48,267 bases of DNA from an uncultured Clostridia bacterium (GTDB lineage Bacteria > Bacillota > Clostridia > TANB77 > CAG-508), in contig CALXUX010000107.1 in NCBI GenBank assembly GCA_944391785.1, positions 1-48,267 of the forward strand, read 5' to 3'. Shown here piece by piece: positions 19,913-30,909 of the stretch (position 1 is its first letter; every line of letters begins with the position of its first letter). The notes beneath the pieces were generated by a model, which had not been told where the DNA came from, did not search any database, and saw only the letters and a list, made by a program, of their open reading frames with translations. The translations under genes were made by a program, and so were the position numbers.

Positions 19913-20277
19913 TTTGTTTTTCTCTCCTTTAGTTTTAATTTTTTTATTCATCTTTTGTTTTTTATTTTTACAACTTTTACTTTCCCTATTATACACAAGT
20001 TTTACAAAAAAATAAATATATTTAAAAAATTTTATAATTAAACTAAAGCAAATTATTACTCTTTACAATCATCAAAATTGTAAAGAAGCCCTCAAAGTGT
20101 TATTTAATCCGTCAATAGCAACAATACATTAACATTCATCATTCTTAATTAATATTTATATATTACTTTCAGCAATAATTCATTTTAAGCAACAAATTAA
20201 AAAATAAAGAGAAAATCACTTTTGATTTTCCCCCATATTTTAATACTAAATTTACACTTTTTAATACTAATTTTACA

Positions 20278-20976
20278 CTAATCCTCTCTTGCAAAAACCA
20301 CTGTTCTTATATTATTACTTGCATCAGTACAAGTTGACAATGTTATTTCCGCCTTTCCTCCTGTATCTCTTTGATAAAAAGATGTATCACTCTGATCTTT
20401 TTCTGTTTTTTCATATACTGTATAATTTTTTGTTACTCCTGTATAATCTTTTATTGTAATTTTCGCTCCTATTTCTAATCTTTTTAAGTTAGAGAAAAAT
20501 AATCCATTTCTATAATTATGTCCTACTATAACTGAATTACCTGGTTTGTTTATATTTTCACCTTTTGGTGGATATAAAGCGACTACCGCTGTTTCTAGTG
20601 CTTTTGTACTCATTTCCTCTAATATTGGATAATTTACATCTATTGATGGAATTGAAATAGTTCCTACATAATAAAATCCTTTATATTTTTCTCTTCTTGG
20701 TGTTACTGTAGTTGTTGTATTAGTATTTTGTGAACTTGTATCTGTTTGATTTAATAATTCGTCTGCTGCTGATGTATCTACATTTTCTGCTATGTTATTA
20801 TTTTGATCATTATTATTTGAATCTCCTGTAAAATTATCCACAAAGTCTGATGCTTCTTTACTTAAATTATATTTTTGATAAAAATCATATCCTAAAAAAC
20901 CTAATAAACCAATTATTGCAATTAGTACTATTACTAATATTACAGTTAAAACTTTACTATATTTACTCTCAAACAT
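20278..20976 (-). CDS. sortase
   Basis: N-terminal TM anchor; GHNY, TLSTC and a downstream Arg form the catalytic triad. Confidence 0.9.
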   Translation of the reverse strand: MFESKYSKVLTVILVIVLIAIIGLLGFLGYDFYQKYNLSKEASDFVDNFTGDSNNNDQNNNIAENVDTSAADELLNQTDTSSQNTNTTTTVTPRREKYKGFYYVGTISIPSIDVNYPILEEMSTKALETAVVALYPPKGENINKPGNSVIVGHNYRNGLFFSNLKRLEIGAKITIKDYTGVTKNYTVYEKTEKDQSDTSFYQRDTGGKAEITLSTCTDASNNIRTVVFARED

Positions 20977-21119
20977 AACTTTTACCTCCGTACCTCAATC
21001 TATTTATATTATAGCACATTTATCTAAAGTTTTCAATCATTAATCTTTTGTCTATGTCTTTTTATTATTTGCTTTTTCTACTAATTCTAAATGTTTTTTT
21101 TTATAATATTTTTTTACAT

Positions 21120-21464
21120 TTATACTATTTTATCACCAAACTTTGCACCTGCAAGTATATGAAAATGTAAATGTTCTACTTCTTGCCCTGCATCTTTTCC
21201 ACAATTTGTAATTACTCTAAAACCACTGTCTTTAAAATTTAATTTTTCTGCAATTTTATTTATTACAGTATATATTTTTCCTATTAATAATTCATCTTGA
21301 GTTGTTAAATCTATAAGTGATTTTATATGTTTTTTTGGTATTACAAGTACATGAATTGGAGCTGCTGGGTTAATATCATAAAAAGCTAATATTTCTTCAT
21401 CTTCATATACTTTTTTTGATGGTATTTCACCTTTTATTATTTTACAAAAAATACAATCTTCCAT
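21120..21464 (-). CDS. HIT family nucleotide-binding protein
   Basis: DCIFCKI, H.LVIPK.H, GQEV.HLHFH. Confidence 0.96.
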   Translation of the reverse strand: MEDCIFCKIIKGEIPSKKVYEDEEILAFYDINPAAPIHVLVIPKKHIKSLIDLTTQDELLIGKIYTVINKIAEKLNFKDSGFRVITNCGKDAGQEVEHLHFHILAGAKFGDKIV

Positions 21465-21593
21465 ATTTTCCTTCTTTCTAATATAAATATTATTAACTAT
21501 TAATTATTTTTGCTTAAATTACACTTTATTATAGAATTTAAATAAATTTAATAATTATTTATTTTAATTCTATAATATTTTTATAAATTATAA

Positions 21594-23351
21594 TTATTTA
21601 ATAAGAACTGCTTTTATTCTTCTTACTCCTGATGAACTTGATTCTTCTTTTTTTATTTTAAATGTTCCCATGTCACCTGTATGAGTTACATGTGGTCCTC
21701 CACATATTTCTTTACTAAAATCTCCTATTGTATATACTTTTACTCTGTCACCATATTTATCTGTAAATAGTCCTATTGCACCTGATTTTTTAGCATCTTC
21801 ATAACTCATTTCTTCACAAGTTACTTTTAAGTCTCTTTTTATTTGCTCATTTACTAAATCTTCTACTTTTTGCAACTCTTCTTTTGTCATTTTTTGTGGA
21901 TGTGTAAAGTCAAATCTTAATCTTTCTTCTGTTATATTAGATCCACATTGTTTTACATGTTCTCCTAATACTTGTCTTAATGCTTGGTGTAGAAGATGTG
22001 TTGCTGTATGGTAACTAATTGTTTTTTCATTTTGATCTGCAAGCCCACCTTTAAATTTTTGCTCGCTTCCTTGTCTTGACTTTTCTTGGTGTTTTTTAAA
22101 TAATTCGTCAAATTCTTTTTTATCTATTGTCATTCCATTTTCTTCAGCAAGTTCTTTTGTAACTTCTGGTGGGAAACCATATGTGTCATATAGTTTAAAT
22201 ACTATTTTTCCTTCGATTTGTTTTTTATTTTCTTTTTTTAATTTTGTAACTTCTTTTTCAAATTCTCTTTCTCCAGTAATTAGTGTTTTTACAAATTTTT
22301 CTTTTTCTTCCAATATTACAGATATTATTGTTTCTTGGTTTTGCTCTAATTCTTTATACATTTCTTTTAGAGTTTCTATGTCTAATTTTATTAAATTTGT
22401 TAATTCTGATAGGTCTATTTGTAATTTATTTAAATGTCTTATCATTCTACGAATTAATCTTCTTAATACATATCCTCTATCTATATTACTTGGTCTTCCT
22501 CCATCTGAAATTATCATCATGCTAGAACGTAAATGTTCTGCTACTATTCTCCTACTTTGTATATCATCTACTTTTTGTAATTCTTCTAATTTATCCATTA
22601 CTGGTTTAAATAATTCTGTGTCAAAAGGTGTTTCTTTTCCTTGTAGTAACATTGCCATTCTTTCTAATCCTAAACCTGTGTCTACATTTTTTTGTTCTAG
22701 TTTTCTATATGTTCCATCCTTTTCTTTAAAAAATTCCATAAATACATTGTTCCATATTTCTACATATTTTCCACAATCACAACTTGGTTGACAATTATCA
22801 GAACATGCTGGCTTTCCTGTATCATAAAAAATTTCTGTATCTGGTCCACAAGGTCCTTCTTCTCCTGCTATCCACCAGTTATCTTCTTTTCCATAATAAT
22901 ATATATGGTCTTCTGGAATTCCTACTTTTTTCCAAACATTTGCAGAAACTTCATCTTTTTCACAATCTTTATCTCCTGCAAAACATGTTACTGATAATTT
23001 TTCAACTGGTATTTGTAATTCTTTTGTTAGAAAGTCAAAACTCATTTGTATTGATTCTTCTTTAAAGTAATCTCCTAAAGACCAATTTCCAAGCATTTCA
23101 AAATATGTTAAATGACGATTGTCTCCTACTTCTTCAATATCTACTGTTCTTAAACATTTTTGGTAGTCTGCAAGCCTTTTTCCTTCTGGATGTTTTTCTC
23201 CAAGTAAATATGGTACTAATGGTTGCATACCAGCAGTTGTGAATAATACAGATGGATCATTTTCTGGTATTAATGGTGCTGATGGTATTATTTTATGATT
23301 ATGTTTTTTAAAAAAATTTAAATATTTATTTCTTATCTCTATTGCTTTCAT
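21594..23351 (-). CDS. alaS: alanine--tRNA ligase, short form (585 aa)
   Basis: LFTTAGMQP, HLTYFEMLGN, GPCGP, EIWN.VF, DTG.GLER, editing HTATH and CGGPH; ends at GVRRIKA. Confidence 0.96.
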   Translation of the reverse strand: MKAIEIRNKYLNFFKKHNHKIIPSAPLIPENDPSVLFTTAGMQPLVPYLLGEKHPEGKRLADYQKCLRTVDIEEVGDNRHLTYFEMLGNWSLGDYFKEESIQMSFDFLTKELQIPVEKLSVTCFAGDKDCEKDEVSANVWKKVGIPEDHIYYYGKEDNWWIAGEEGPCGPDTEIFYDTGKPACSDNCQPSCDCGKYVEIWNNVFMEFFKEKDGTYRKLEQKNVDTGLGLERMAMLLQGKETPFDTELFKPVMDKLEELQKVDDIQSRRIVAEHLRSSMMIISDGGRPSNIDRGYVLRRLIRRMIRHLNKLQIDLSELTNLIKLDIETLKEMYKELEQNQETIISVILEEKEKFVKTLITGEREFEKEVTKLKKENKKQIEGKIVFKLYDTYGFPPEVTKELAEENGMTIDKKEFDELFKKHQEKSRQGSEQKFKGGLADQNEKTISYHTATHLLHQALRQVLGEHVKQCGSNITEERLRFDFTHPQKMTKEELQKVEDLVNEQIKRDLKVTCEEMSYEDAKKSGAIGLFTDKYGDRVKVYTIGDFSKEICGGPHVTHTGDMGTFKIKKEESSSSGVRRIKAVLIK

Positions 23352-23414
23352 TTCTAGCTTCCTTTCTTTTTTTTCAAATTATACTTTAAATTACCCAAAA
23401 AATCAAGTTCTTTA

Positions 23415-23855
23415 CTATATTCTACCATTTTTAATATCTTCTATTAATTTTTCTTTGATCTCAGGAGGCATAAGCATAATGTTTTGTATGTCTTCTTTTT
23501 TTACTATTTCTGGAATATATCTTCCACTATCTATGTATTTAGAATCTCCTGAAAATTCTGGTCCAGTTCCTGTACCAAAAATTCCATTTTCATATTTACA
23601 CAAATAATATTTTTCTATTTGATTGAATTTTTTTGATTCTTGCTCATATAATAATTTTTCAGGCTTTACATCTATTCCAAATTCTTCTTTTATTTCTCTT
23701 TTAACGCCTTCTTCAAAAGATTCTCCTTCTTCTAAACCTCCTCCGGGAATAGTATAATATTCAGACATATTTGGATTTTTTAAAACGTCTTTTCTATGCA
23801 TTAAAGCAATTCCCCCATTAATTAAAATAATTCCTGCAACTCTTATTCTTTTCAA
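23415..23855 (-). CDS. NUDIX hydrolase
   Basis: Nudix box GGGLEEGESFEEGVKREIKEEFG; probable TTG start at 23855 after AAGAGGG. Confidence 0.88.
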   Translation of the reverse strand: MKRIRVAGIILINGGIALMHRKDVLKNPNMSEYYTIPGGGLEEGESFEEGVKREIKEEFGIDVKPEKLLYEQESKKFNQIEKYYLCKYENGIFGTGTGPEFSGDSKYIDSGRYIPEIVKKEDIQNIMLMPPEIKEKLIEDIKNGRI

Positions 23856-23965
23856 TTTTAGTCCCTCTTTCTTTTTTTGTATATTATACAATCATTTTAG
23901 TAATATTTCAATAATTTAAAATAAAAGTATTTAGTTTTAATGTATAAATAGTTATAGTTTAATAA

Positions 23966-24036
23966 GAGTGTTAAAATCTAATTGCAAAATTTTAAAATTT
24001 TTTTTCTTAAATTTTGAAAGTTAGATTTTAACACTC
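23966..24036. repeat. long inverted repeat (hairpin/terminator) downstream of the pilin-like gene
   Basis: GAGTGTTAAAATCTAA (23966-23981) / TTAGATTTTAACACTC (24021-24036), extending imperfectly inward. Confidence 0.8.
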
Positions 24037-24078
24037 AGTTAGATTTTTTTGCCATTTTCATACATTCTATTATCATTT

Positions 24079-25272
24079 TTAATTTGAAAGCTCCCATACT
24101 CCACTCGTATTTTGAGTTGCTGTGAGTGTAGATTTTAGAGAAACTACAGGACGCATACCCAAAAAATAGTAAGTATAGTAGTTACTGGTAATGTAAATGT
24201 CATCATCATAATAATAAAACACACTCATCAATTGGGCCTCATTGTTAGCATTCGGAGACGCCAGCCAGTAACCCAAGCAGTCACTAAATTCCTCTCCTTG
24301 ATGTGGAAAATACAATGTATCATTGTATCCTGTTTGTGCATTTTTGTCTAAAGTATGCAGTACTGTTGTTGGAGAACTTATATTTCCTATATAATATCCA
24401 TACTTATTTATATTATTACAAAACAATGGTGTATATCCTTTTGCGTTATAACTTTCTACCCACAATTCTAAAGTAGATCCGCCTATTGCATAATCTGCAT
24501 AGTTACTATCTACAAATCCATCCCAATTATTCGTATTTAATAATGTTGATACTACTCTTCCACTAGGGTTTGTATTATAATCTGTCCATAATGTTTGTCC
24601 AAACAATATTGCTTGAGATGTATCCTGTGCTGTACTTGGTGCTGGGTTCCAATATAAATTATAAGTACTATATGTCGTCATCTCTGCTCCTGAAAGATCT
24701 AAATAACTTGAAGTATTTGGTACATAATCTGCTGCTATTATAAATACTCTCTCCCCATCATTATAAAATATTCTCCAGTCATTTGTTAAATTTCCATCCC
24801 CGTTTAAATCTATTTTGTATTCTACATAATCTCCATAATGACTTGATTCTTTTACTGCGTCTGCAAATTTTTTTCCTTCTAGTGTTATGTTTTGTATTAT
24901 ATCTGCTACTAATATTTCATAACTTCCATTATCTGTTGTTAGTATTTTATCATTTAACTCTGATTGCTCTGTACTTAATTCTCCATATTTGTCTAATATT
25001 TGTGTCATTTCTTCTTCATTTAAGCTATTTCCTAATTTATCTGCCATCTTTGCTGCTACATCTACTTTTACTTGCTCTATTACATCTGTTATTATTGTTT
25101 GCTTTTTGGCCTCTAATGTATTATTTAATATTTTATTTGGTCCAGATAGCGTTGCTATTGTTACTCCTGCTAGAATTAATAAGACGATAATTGTTATTGT
25201 CAGTGCTATTAATGTAATTGCTTCTTCATTTGTTTTTTGTTTTTCTTTTTTTAACATTTGTTTTTCCTCCAT
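24079..25272 (-). CDS. type IV pilin-like surface protein with a C-terminal DUF6273/C-type-lectin-like domain; candidate DGR target
   Basis: Basic leader then A|ITLIALTITIIVLLILAGVTI (class III signal-like); C-terminal YWLASP...GMRPVVSL. Confidence 0.65.
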   Translation of the reverse strand: MEEKQMLKKEKQKTNEEAITLIALTITIIVLLILAGVTIATLSGPNKILNNTLEAKKQTIITDVIEQVKVDVAAKMADKLGNSLNEEEMTQILDKYGELSTEQSELNDKILTTDNGSYEILVADIIQNITLEGKKFADAVKESSHYGDYVEYKIDLNGDGNLTNDWRIFYNDGERVFIIAADYVPNTSSYLDLSGAEMTTYSTYNLYWNPAPSTAQDTSQAILFGQTLWTDYNTNPSGRVVSTLLNTNNWDGFVDSNYADYAIGGSTLELWVESYNAKGYTPLFCNNINKYGYYIGNISSPTTVLHTLDKNAQTGYNDTLYFPHQGEEFSDCLGYWLASPNANNEAQLMSVFYYYDDDIYITSNYYTYYFLGMRPVVSLKSTLTATQNTSGVWELSN

Positions 25273-25682
25273 ATATATTTTTTATTTTCCTAATTAACTT
25301 ATCATATTTTTTACTTTTTGTCTATAAGTTTTTATCATTTGTAATAATGTTGCAATTTTATAATTAAGTATATAAATTAATTAATATTATCTATTTTATC
25401 TAACTATTGATATTTGTATATTTTACACATATTTTATAACATATTTTTCTATTACTTTCTTGTAATATTTATATTATCTTTATTGACTTTTTTTCTTGCT
25501 AATGTTATATTATTTTTAGTTTTTCTAATTAATTAATTTTTATACTTAATTATTATAATTTCAATTTTTAATTTAATCATTAATAAAATTTAATATAAAC
25601 AACTAAAAAAATTTTATCAGTATCAATTTTTTATTATTCACCACTAAAAATTCAATATATAAAGAAGATACTTGAAAATAAT

Positions 25683-25726
25683 AAACACCTCATACAACTT
25701 TTCCAAACACCTCATACAAATTTTCC
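25683..25726. repeat. two tandem copies of a 22-bp unit just upstream of the murC promoter
   Basis: AAACACCTCATACAACTTTTCC followed by AAACACCTCATACAAATTTTCC. Confidence 0.8.
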
Positions 25727-25733
25727 AAAACTA

Positions 25734-25762
25734 TTGAAAAATTTCCACATAAATTGTATAAT
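25734..25762 (+). promoter_or_regulatory. sigma-A promoter of murC
   Basis: TTGAAA, 17 nt, TATAAT. Confidence 0.65.
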
Positions 25763-25818
25763 TTCTATATCTTTAAAATATATTATAAAGACACATAAAA
25801 AAGAAAGAGAGTGTAAAC

Positions 25819-27198
25819 ATGCAAAACATAGAAAAACTAAAAAAATATAAAAACATACATATGATTGGAATAGGTGGAGTAAGCATGAGTGGAATCGCAG
25901 CAATCTTAACCAATTGGGGATTTAACGTTACTGGATCAGATAGAACAGCTTCTGAAAACACTGAAAAATTAGATAAATTAGGAATAAAGGTTACAATCGG
26001 CCACAACTTAGAAGACGTAAGAAAATCCGATGTAATTGTATATTCTGCTGCAATAAAACAAGATGACCCAGAAATACAAGAAGCCAAAAAACTAAATATC
26101 CCAACAATAGAAAGAGCAAACTTTCTAGGCGAAATTACAAGATGTTTTAAAAACACTATCTGCATATCAGGAACCCATGGAAAAACAACAACTACATCAA
26201 TGGTCGCACTATGCTTTCTAGAAGCTCAAAAAGACCCTAGTATCCAAGTTGGAGCATACTTAAAACAAATCAATGGAAACTATAAAGTTGGCAACAGTGA
26301 CCTTTTCATAATAGAAGCCTGCGAATATGTAGAAAGCTTTTTAAAATTCAGCCCAAAAGCAGAAATTATTTTAAATATAGATAATGATCACTTAGACTAT
26401 TTTAAAACATTTGAAAATATAAAAAACGCCTTCACAAAATATGTCAAATTACTACCTGATGATGGAATATTAGTCGTAAACGCTGACGATAAAAATTGCT
26501 TAGATCTACAAAATTACACAAATGCTTCTAAAGTAACTTATGGAATAGAAAACAAAAATGCAAACTTTACTGCCACAAACATACAATTTAATAATGATGG
26601 CTTTGCAGAATTTGATGTACTTAAAAACCAACAATTTTATGCAAAAATAAGTTTATCAATCCCAGGAATTCACAACATTTCAAATGCATTAGCTTGTATT
26701 GCACTATGTGATAAATATAATATTGAACCAAAGTATATTGTATCTGCACTAACAAAATTTACAGGTGCACACAGAAGATTCGAATACAAAGGAACTGTAA
26801 ATGGTGCAAGAATCTATGACGACTATGGCCATCATCCAACAGAAGTACTTGCAACTGCAAAAAGTTTAAGCAACAAAAAATATAATAAATCTTGGGTTGT
26901 ATTTCAACCTCATACTTATAGTAGAACTAAAAATCTACTTTCTGACTTTGCAAAATCTTTAATAAATTTTGATAATATCCTAGTACTTGATATATATGCA
27001 GCACGAGAAACAAACACATATAATATAAGTTCTCAAGATCTTGTAGACGAAATCAAAAAATTAGGAAAAGATGCTATATACATAAAGGATTTTAATGAAT
27101 GTACTAATTATTTAAAAAACAATGTCCAAAATGATGACATAATTATTACTTTAGGCGCTGGAACTGTTACTGATATAGGTCCTATGCTTTTAAAATAA
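25819..27198 (+). CDS. murC: UDP-N-acetylmuramate--L-alanine ligase
   Basis: IGIGG..MS, GTHGKTTT, EACE, DHLD, RRFE, DDYGHHP, FQPH.YSRT, LGAG. Confidence 0.97.
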   Translation: MQNIEKLKKYKNIHMIGIGGVSMSGIAAILTNWGFNVTGSDRTASENTEKLDKLGIKVTIGHNLEDVRKSDVIVYSAAIKQDDPEIQEAKKLNIPTIERANFLGEITRCFKNTICISGTHGKTTTTSMVALCFLEAQKDPSIQVGAYLKQINGNYKVGNSDLFIIEACEYVESFLKFSPKAEIILNIDNDHLDYFKTFENIKNAFTKYVKLLPDDGILVVNADDKNCLDLQNYTNASKVTYGIENKNANFTATNIQFNNDGFAEFDVLKNQQFYAKISLSIPGIHNISNALACIALCDKYNIEPKYIVSALTKFTGAHRRFEYKGTVNGARIYDDYGHHPTEVLATAKSLSNKKYNKSWVVFQPHTYSRTKNLLSDFAKSLINFDNILVLDIYAARETNTYNISSQDLVDEIKKLGKDAIYIKDFNECTNYLKNNVQNDDIIITLGAGTVTDIGPMLLK

Positions 27199-27387
27199 TT
27201 TTAATTATTAAATATTTAAAACTTTCTAAAATAATTTTTACACTTCAAAGTTATATAAATACTTTTCAGTCTGTTGTTTTTTAGCTGTAAACTATAACAA
27301 TGCTTTAAACTATATAATAATTTTAAAGCATTTAAAAAAATATATAGATTAGTAGTATATAGAAAAAATTGTGTAAAGTTTAAAAAT

Positions 27388-27428
27388 AAACCTTCTTATG
27401 ATAAATTAGAAATATCATAAAAAGGTTT
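27388..27428. terminator. hairpin between convergent murC and spoIVB
   Basis: AAACCTT-C-TTATGATA / TATCATAA-A-AAGGTTT. Confidence 0.55.
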
Positions 27429-27514
27429 TTTATATTAACACTTAAAAATTACTCTAAAAATCACTATAAAAATTACTATAAAAATACTCTAAAAATTTTA
27501 TAACTAACTAAAAA

Positions 27515-28762
27515 TTAACCATCCGTACTTCGTAACTGTTTTATCATAATATCACCAAAAACACCGTATCCTTCTAATGAATTATTTACTAAAACATGTG
27601 TTACTGCACCTATAAATTTTCCATTTTGAATAATTGGAGAACCACTCATTCCTTGAATAATACCACCCGTCTTATCTATAAGCCTTTGATCTGTTACTTT
27701 TATTTTCATACTCTTATTATCATAATTATTATTTTTAAATATTTTCTCTATCTCTATTTCATATTCCTCGGTTTTTCCATTTTCCAAAGTGCACATTATT
27801 GTTGCTTTTCCCAATTTTATCTCATCTCTTAAAGCAACATCCATACTCGCATTTTTATTTATATCCAAAGCACTTATATTATCAACTGTTCCATATATTC
27901 CAAACTTAGTATTTTTTACTATTGTCCCTATTTTTTCTTGATCATCTATAGTACCTTGTATTCTACCAGGGTTACCATTTTCCCCCTTAGTTATCTTTAA
28001 AATTTTTGTAGTAATAAACTCCCCTGAAGATATATTAATCAATTGCTCTGTATCTATATCTACTATTCCATGGCCTAAAGCTCCAAAAGATTTTGTACTT
28101 GGCTCATAAAAGGTCACTGTTCCAACACCTGCTGCACTATCTCTTACCCATAACCCTAATTTATATTCTAAATCACCTGTTTTTACAGGTGTAATACTAC
28201 ATTCCAATGTTTCATTATCATGCACATATTCTACACTCAATTTCATACCTTTAGAATCATTTACAGTCTTTATTAAATCTTCAGTATCCATAATTTCTTT
28301 ATCATTTATCGAAATAATTGTATCACCTTCAGAAATTCCCGTATTTTCATATGGCTTATATTTTTTATTATCCTCTCCTTGTATCTCTGACATTCCTACC
28401 ACTAAAACTCCATTTGTATAAAGTTTAACTCCTGCAATATTACCTATCGGAATTACTTTAGTCTTTGGCACAACATCTACATCTATATCTTTTAAAAAAA
28501 TATTATTAAATAAACTTACCTCTATTTTACCAGTTCCCGATTTACTTGCTATTTTCTGAGAATTATTAGAAGAAACCTCTATCATATCTCCTTCACTTAA
28601 TAAATTAATATTCAATCCCAATATAGTTTTTAAATTTATACTTTCACCTTCCATAATTATTATACTATCTGGGTAATTTGTAATTACTAAAACATATATA
28701 TATACTATTATCATGCTAATAATTAAAAAAATTTCTTTTAAACACTTTCTCATAAATTTCAC
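27515..28762 (-). CDS. spoIVB: SpoIVB serine peptidase (S55) with PDZ domain
   Basis: GVLVVG, LGLWVRD..AG.GT.TF, FGALGH, TGGIIQGMSGSPIIQNGK.IGAVTHV. Confidence 0.95.
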   Translation of the reverse strand: MKFMRKCLKEIFLIISMIIVYIYVLVITNYPDSIIIMEGESINLKTILGLNINLLSEGDMIEVSSNNSQKIASKSGTGKIEVSLFNNIFLKDIDVDVVPKTKVIPIGNIAGVKLYTNGVLVVGMSEIQGEDNKKYKPYENTGISEGDTIISINDKEIMDTEDLIKTVNDSKGMKLSVEYVHDNETLECSITPVKTGDLEYKLGLWVRDSAAGVGTVTFYEPSTKSFGALGHGIVDIDTEQLINISSGEFITTKILKITKGENGNPGRIQGTIDDQEKIGTIVKNTKFGIYGTVDNISALDINKNASMDVALRDEIKLGKATIMCTLENGKTEEYEIEIEKIFKNNNYDNKSMKIKVTDQRLIDKTGGIIQGMSGSPIIQNGKFIGAVTHVLVNNSLEGYGVFGDIMIKQLRSTDG

Positions 28763-29085
28763 CTTTATTTATTATTAACATCAAACATATCAATTATTCA
28801 TTTTTCAAATTAAAAGTTAAATTTATTTAACAACTATATTTTACTATTTACTATTTGGGCGGACATAATATTTCCATTAACTAATTTAATCAAATATAAT
28901 ATCTCCATAACAAATTATAAAATTATAAAATTAAAAAAACTTAAATTGCAAATCTCTTTAACAATCTAAGTTTCACACTCTATAATCAAATCCAAATAAA
29001 TCTATTTCTTATATCTCATACCCAAAACTTTTTACTCTCAATTTAAAAACTATCAACTCCACTCAAATCACATAAAACCAAACAA

Positions 29086-30726
29086 CTATGTAACCGTATT
29101 CTCCGTTCGATACTGTCCAAACCTCTCTCTTGCAAGTGCTGTATAATATACTTTAGCAAGTTGCGAATTTCCATCTACAATTTCATATATCAATCCATCT
29201 TTCAAATTTCTTTGATTAACCACACTTGTATAACTTGCAGTTACCATCTGACCAATTCCATAATAATCTTCCACCGGAAAGAAATACTGTGTTATTCCAT
29301 TTACAGTTTGTCCTGCTCTTCTTTCAAAATTCATATTATATATACCTATAGCATTACTCAAATCCATTCCATCTAACTCTTGTGCTCTTATATTATGATA
29401 TGTATTATCATTTGTTAATATATATATTGAATTATTTGTAACAGATTCTTTATTTTTTGTATTTGTCACAACTGAATAGCCATTATATATTTTTCCACCT
29501 ATATTTAATCCCTGCAAGAAACTAATCAGTGATACATTATTTGCAATTTTATCCCATTCATATTCTTTAAGCATTGGCATTTGGAAATTTGTACTTGAAC
29601 TTGCTCCAAAATAATTATTATAATTTGTTATTGCAATTGATAAATTCCTTTCAATTGAATATTTTATAACTTCTTCTCTATGACTATTAAACAAAGAATT
29701 TTCATTTTCTATATCATTATCTCCTGTTTGATTAAATAATTCTGAGAATACTTCATAATCTCCAAAATCTCCTCCTATTGCATTACCATTTTCATCAACA
29801 ACCTGGCTTGTTCTTAAATTTCTTAAAGGTGAATTTTGTATGAAATTTTTTAGTTCTATTGCTTGTCTATAATAATTTACTGCATTATCATTGTTTATTA
29901 TTTCATTTGGTGCGATTTGAGTACTTACACTTTTTGTTCCATTAAACATAGAAAAAACTTCATTTGTTCCTGGATCATAATAATATTTTGTACCATTTAT
30001 TACTTTACATGCCAAATTTTCTCTTACAACACCATCTACCATTACATTTTCTCTAACATTATTTTCAACATCAATTGTAACTCCTCTATATGTAATTTGA
30101 CCACCTGTTTCTTGAACATCTGTTAATAAATATCCACTAATATCAACAACATCTCCGCCACATATTCCTTTTATTGTAATATAGTTATCTATAGCATATG
30201 TTATTACAATATCATATGAAGATCCTGATACATATCTTGCACTATAATATACATATGGTTTCAAACCATATAAGTTTTCTCCATTTGCATATGTTGTATC
30301 AACATTTTCTGGATCATCTGCCATTGCTTCTTCATAAAAATCTATTGCCTCTTGATCCCAAGTATTTGTATATGGAGAATAAATATAATATCCATCATAT
30401 AGAGTAAAAACTAATGCTGGTACATATGTTTGAAGCTCTTCTTCTGTATATCCATTAATTCTAAAGGCTGATTCTATAGAATTAAAAAATGAAGTTACTG
30501 CAGCTTCTATATCTCTTATTTTGGAATTAGCATATATCGACTCATCTCCATTATATGTGTTTATTTGATATGCTTTTATTGCATCATATGTAGATTTACT
30601 TAATCTTGAATCATATGTTGTTTGCAAGCTTAATGTTTCAACTCTAGAACCTATATATGAATCTAATACTATTGATATTGGTAAAATGAATATAATAAAC
30701 ATTACAGCTAAATTTTGTAATTTCAT
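29086..30726 (-). CDS. large membrane-anchored exported protein, last gene of the Tad-like locus (possible tip/TadG-like component)
   Basis: Single N-terminal hydrophobic helix, N/Y/T-rich extracellular body, co-oriented with the pilin-like genes. Confidence 0.55.
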   Translation of the reverse strand: MKLQNLAVMFIIFILPISIVLDSYIGSRVETLSLQTTYDSRLSKSTYDAIKAYQINTYNGDESIYANSKIRDIEAAVTSFFNSIESAFRINGYTEEELQTYVPALVFTLYDGYYIYSPYTNTWDQEAIDFYEEAMADDPENVDTTYANGENLYGLKPYVYYSARYVSGSSYDIVITYAIDNYITIKGICGGDVVDISGYLLTDVQETGGQITYRGVTIDVENNVRENVMVDGVVRENLACKVINGTKYYYDPGTNEVFSMFNGTKSVSTQIAPNEIINNDNAVNYYRQAIELKNFIQNSPLRNLRTSQVVDENGNAIGGDFGDYEVFSELFNQTGDNDIENENSLFNSHREEVIKYSIERNLSIAITNYNNYFGASSSTNFQMPMLKEYEWDKIANNVSLISFLQGLNIGGKIYNGYSVVTNTKNKESVTNNSIYILTNDNTYHNIRAQELDGMDLSNAIGIYNMNFERRAGQTVNGITQYFFPVEDYYGIGQMVTASYTSVVNQRNLKDGLIYEIVDGNSQLAKVYYTALARERFGQYRTENTVT

Positions 30727-30909
30727 AGTTCACCTTTCCTTTGTCTTTTATTTTCTATTTTATCTTTACTTTAAAGATTTTAAAATTTATTTAATAAACT
30801 ATTAGTTTTCATTTCAACTTGCATAACTTAAAATATTTTAATTTTCCATAAGGTAAAAAATCCTATAACATCATTTGATATTACAGGATAGCTTAAATTA
30901 TATTATCAT

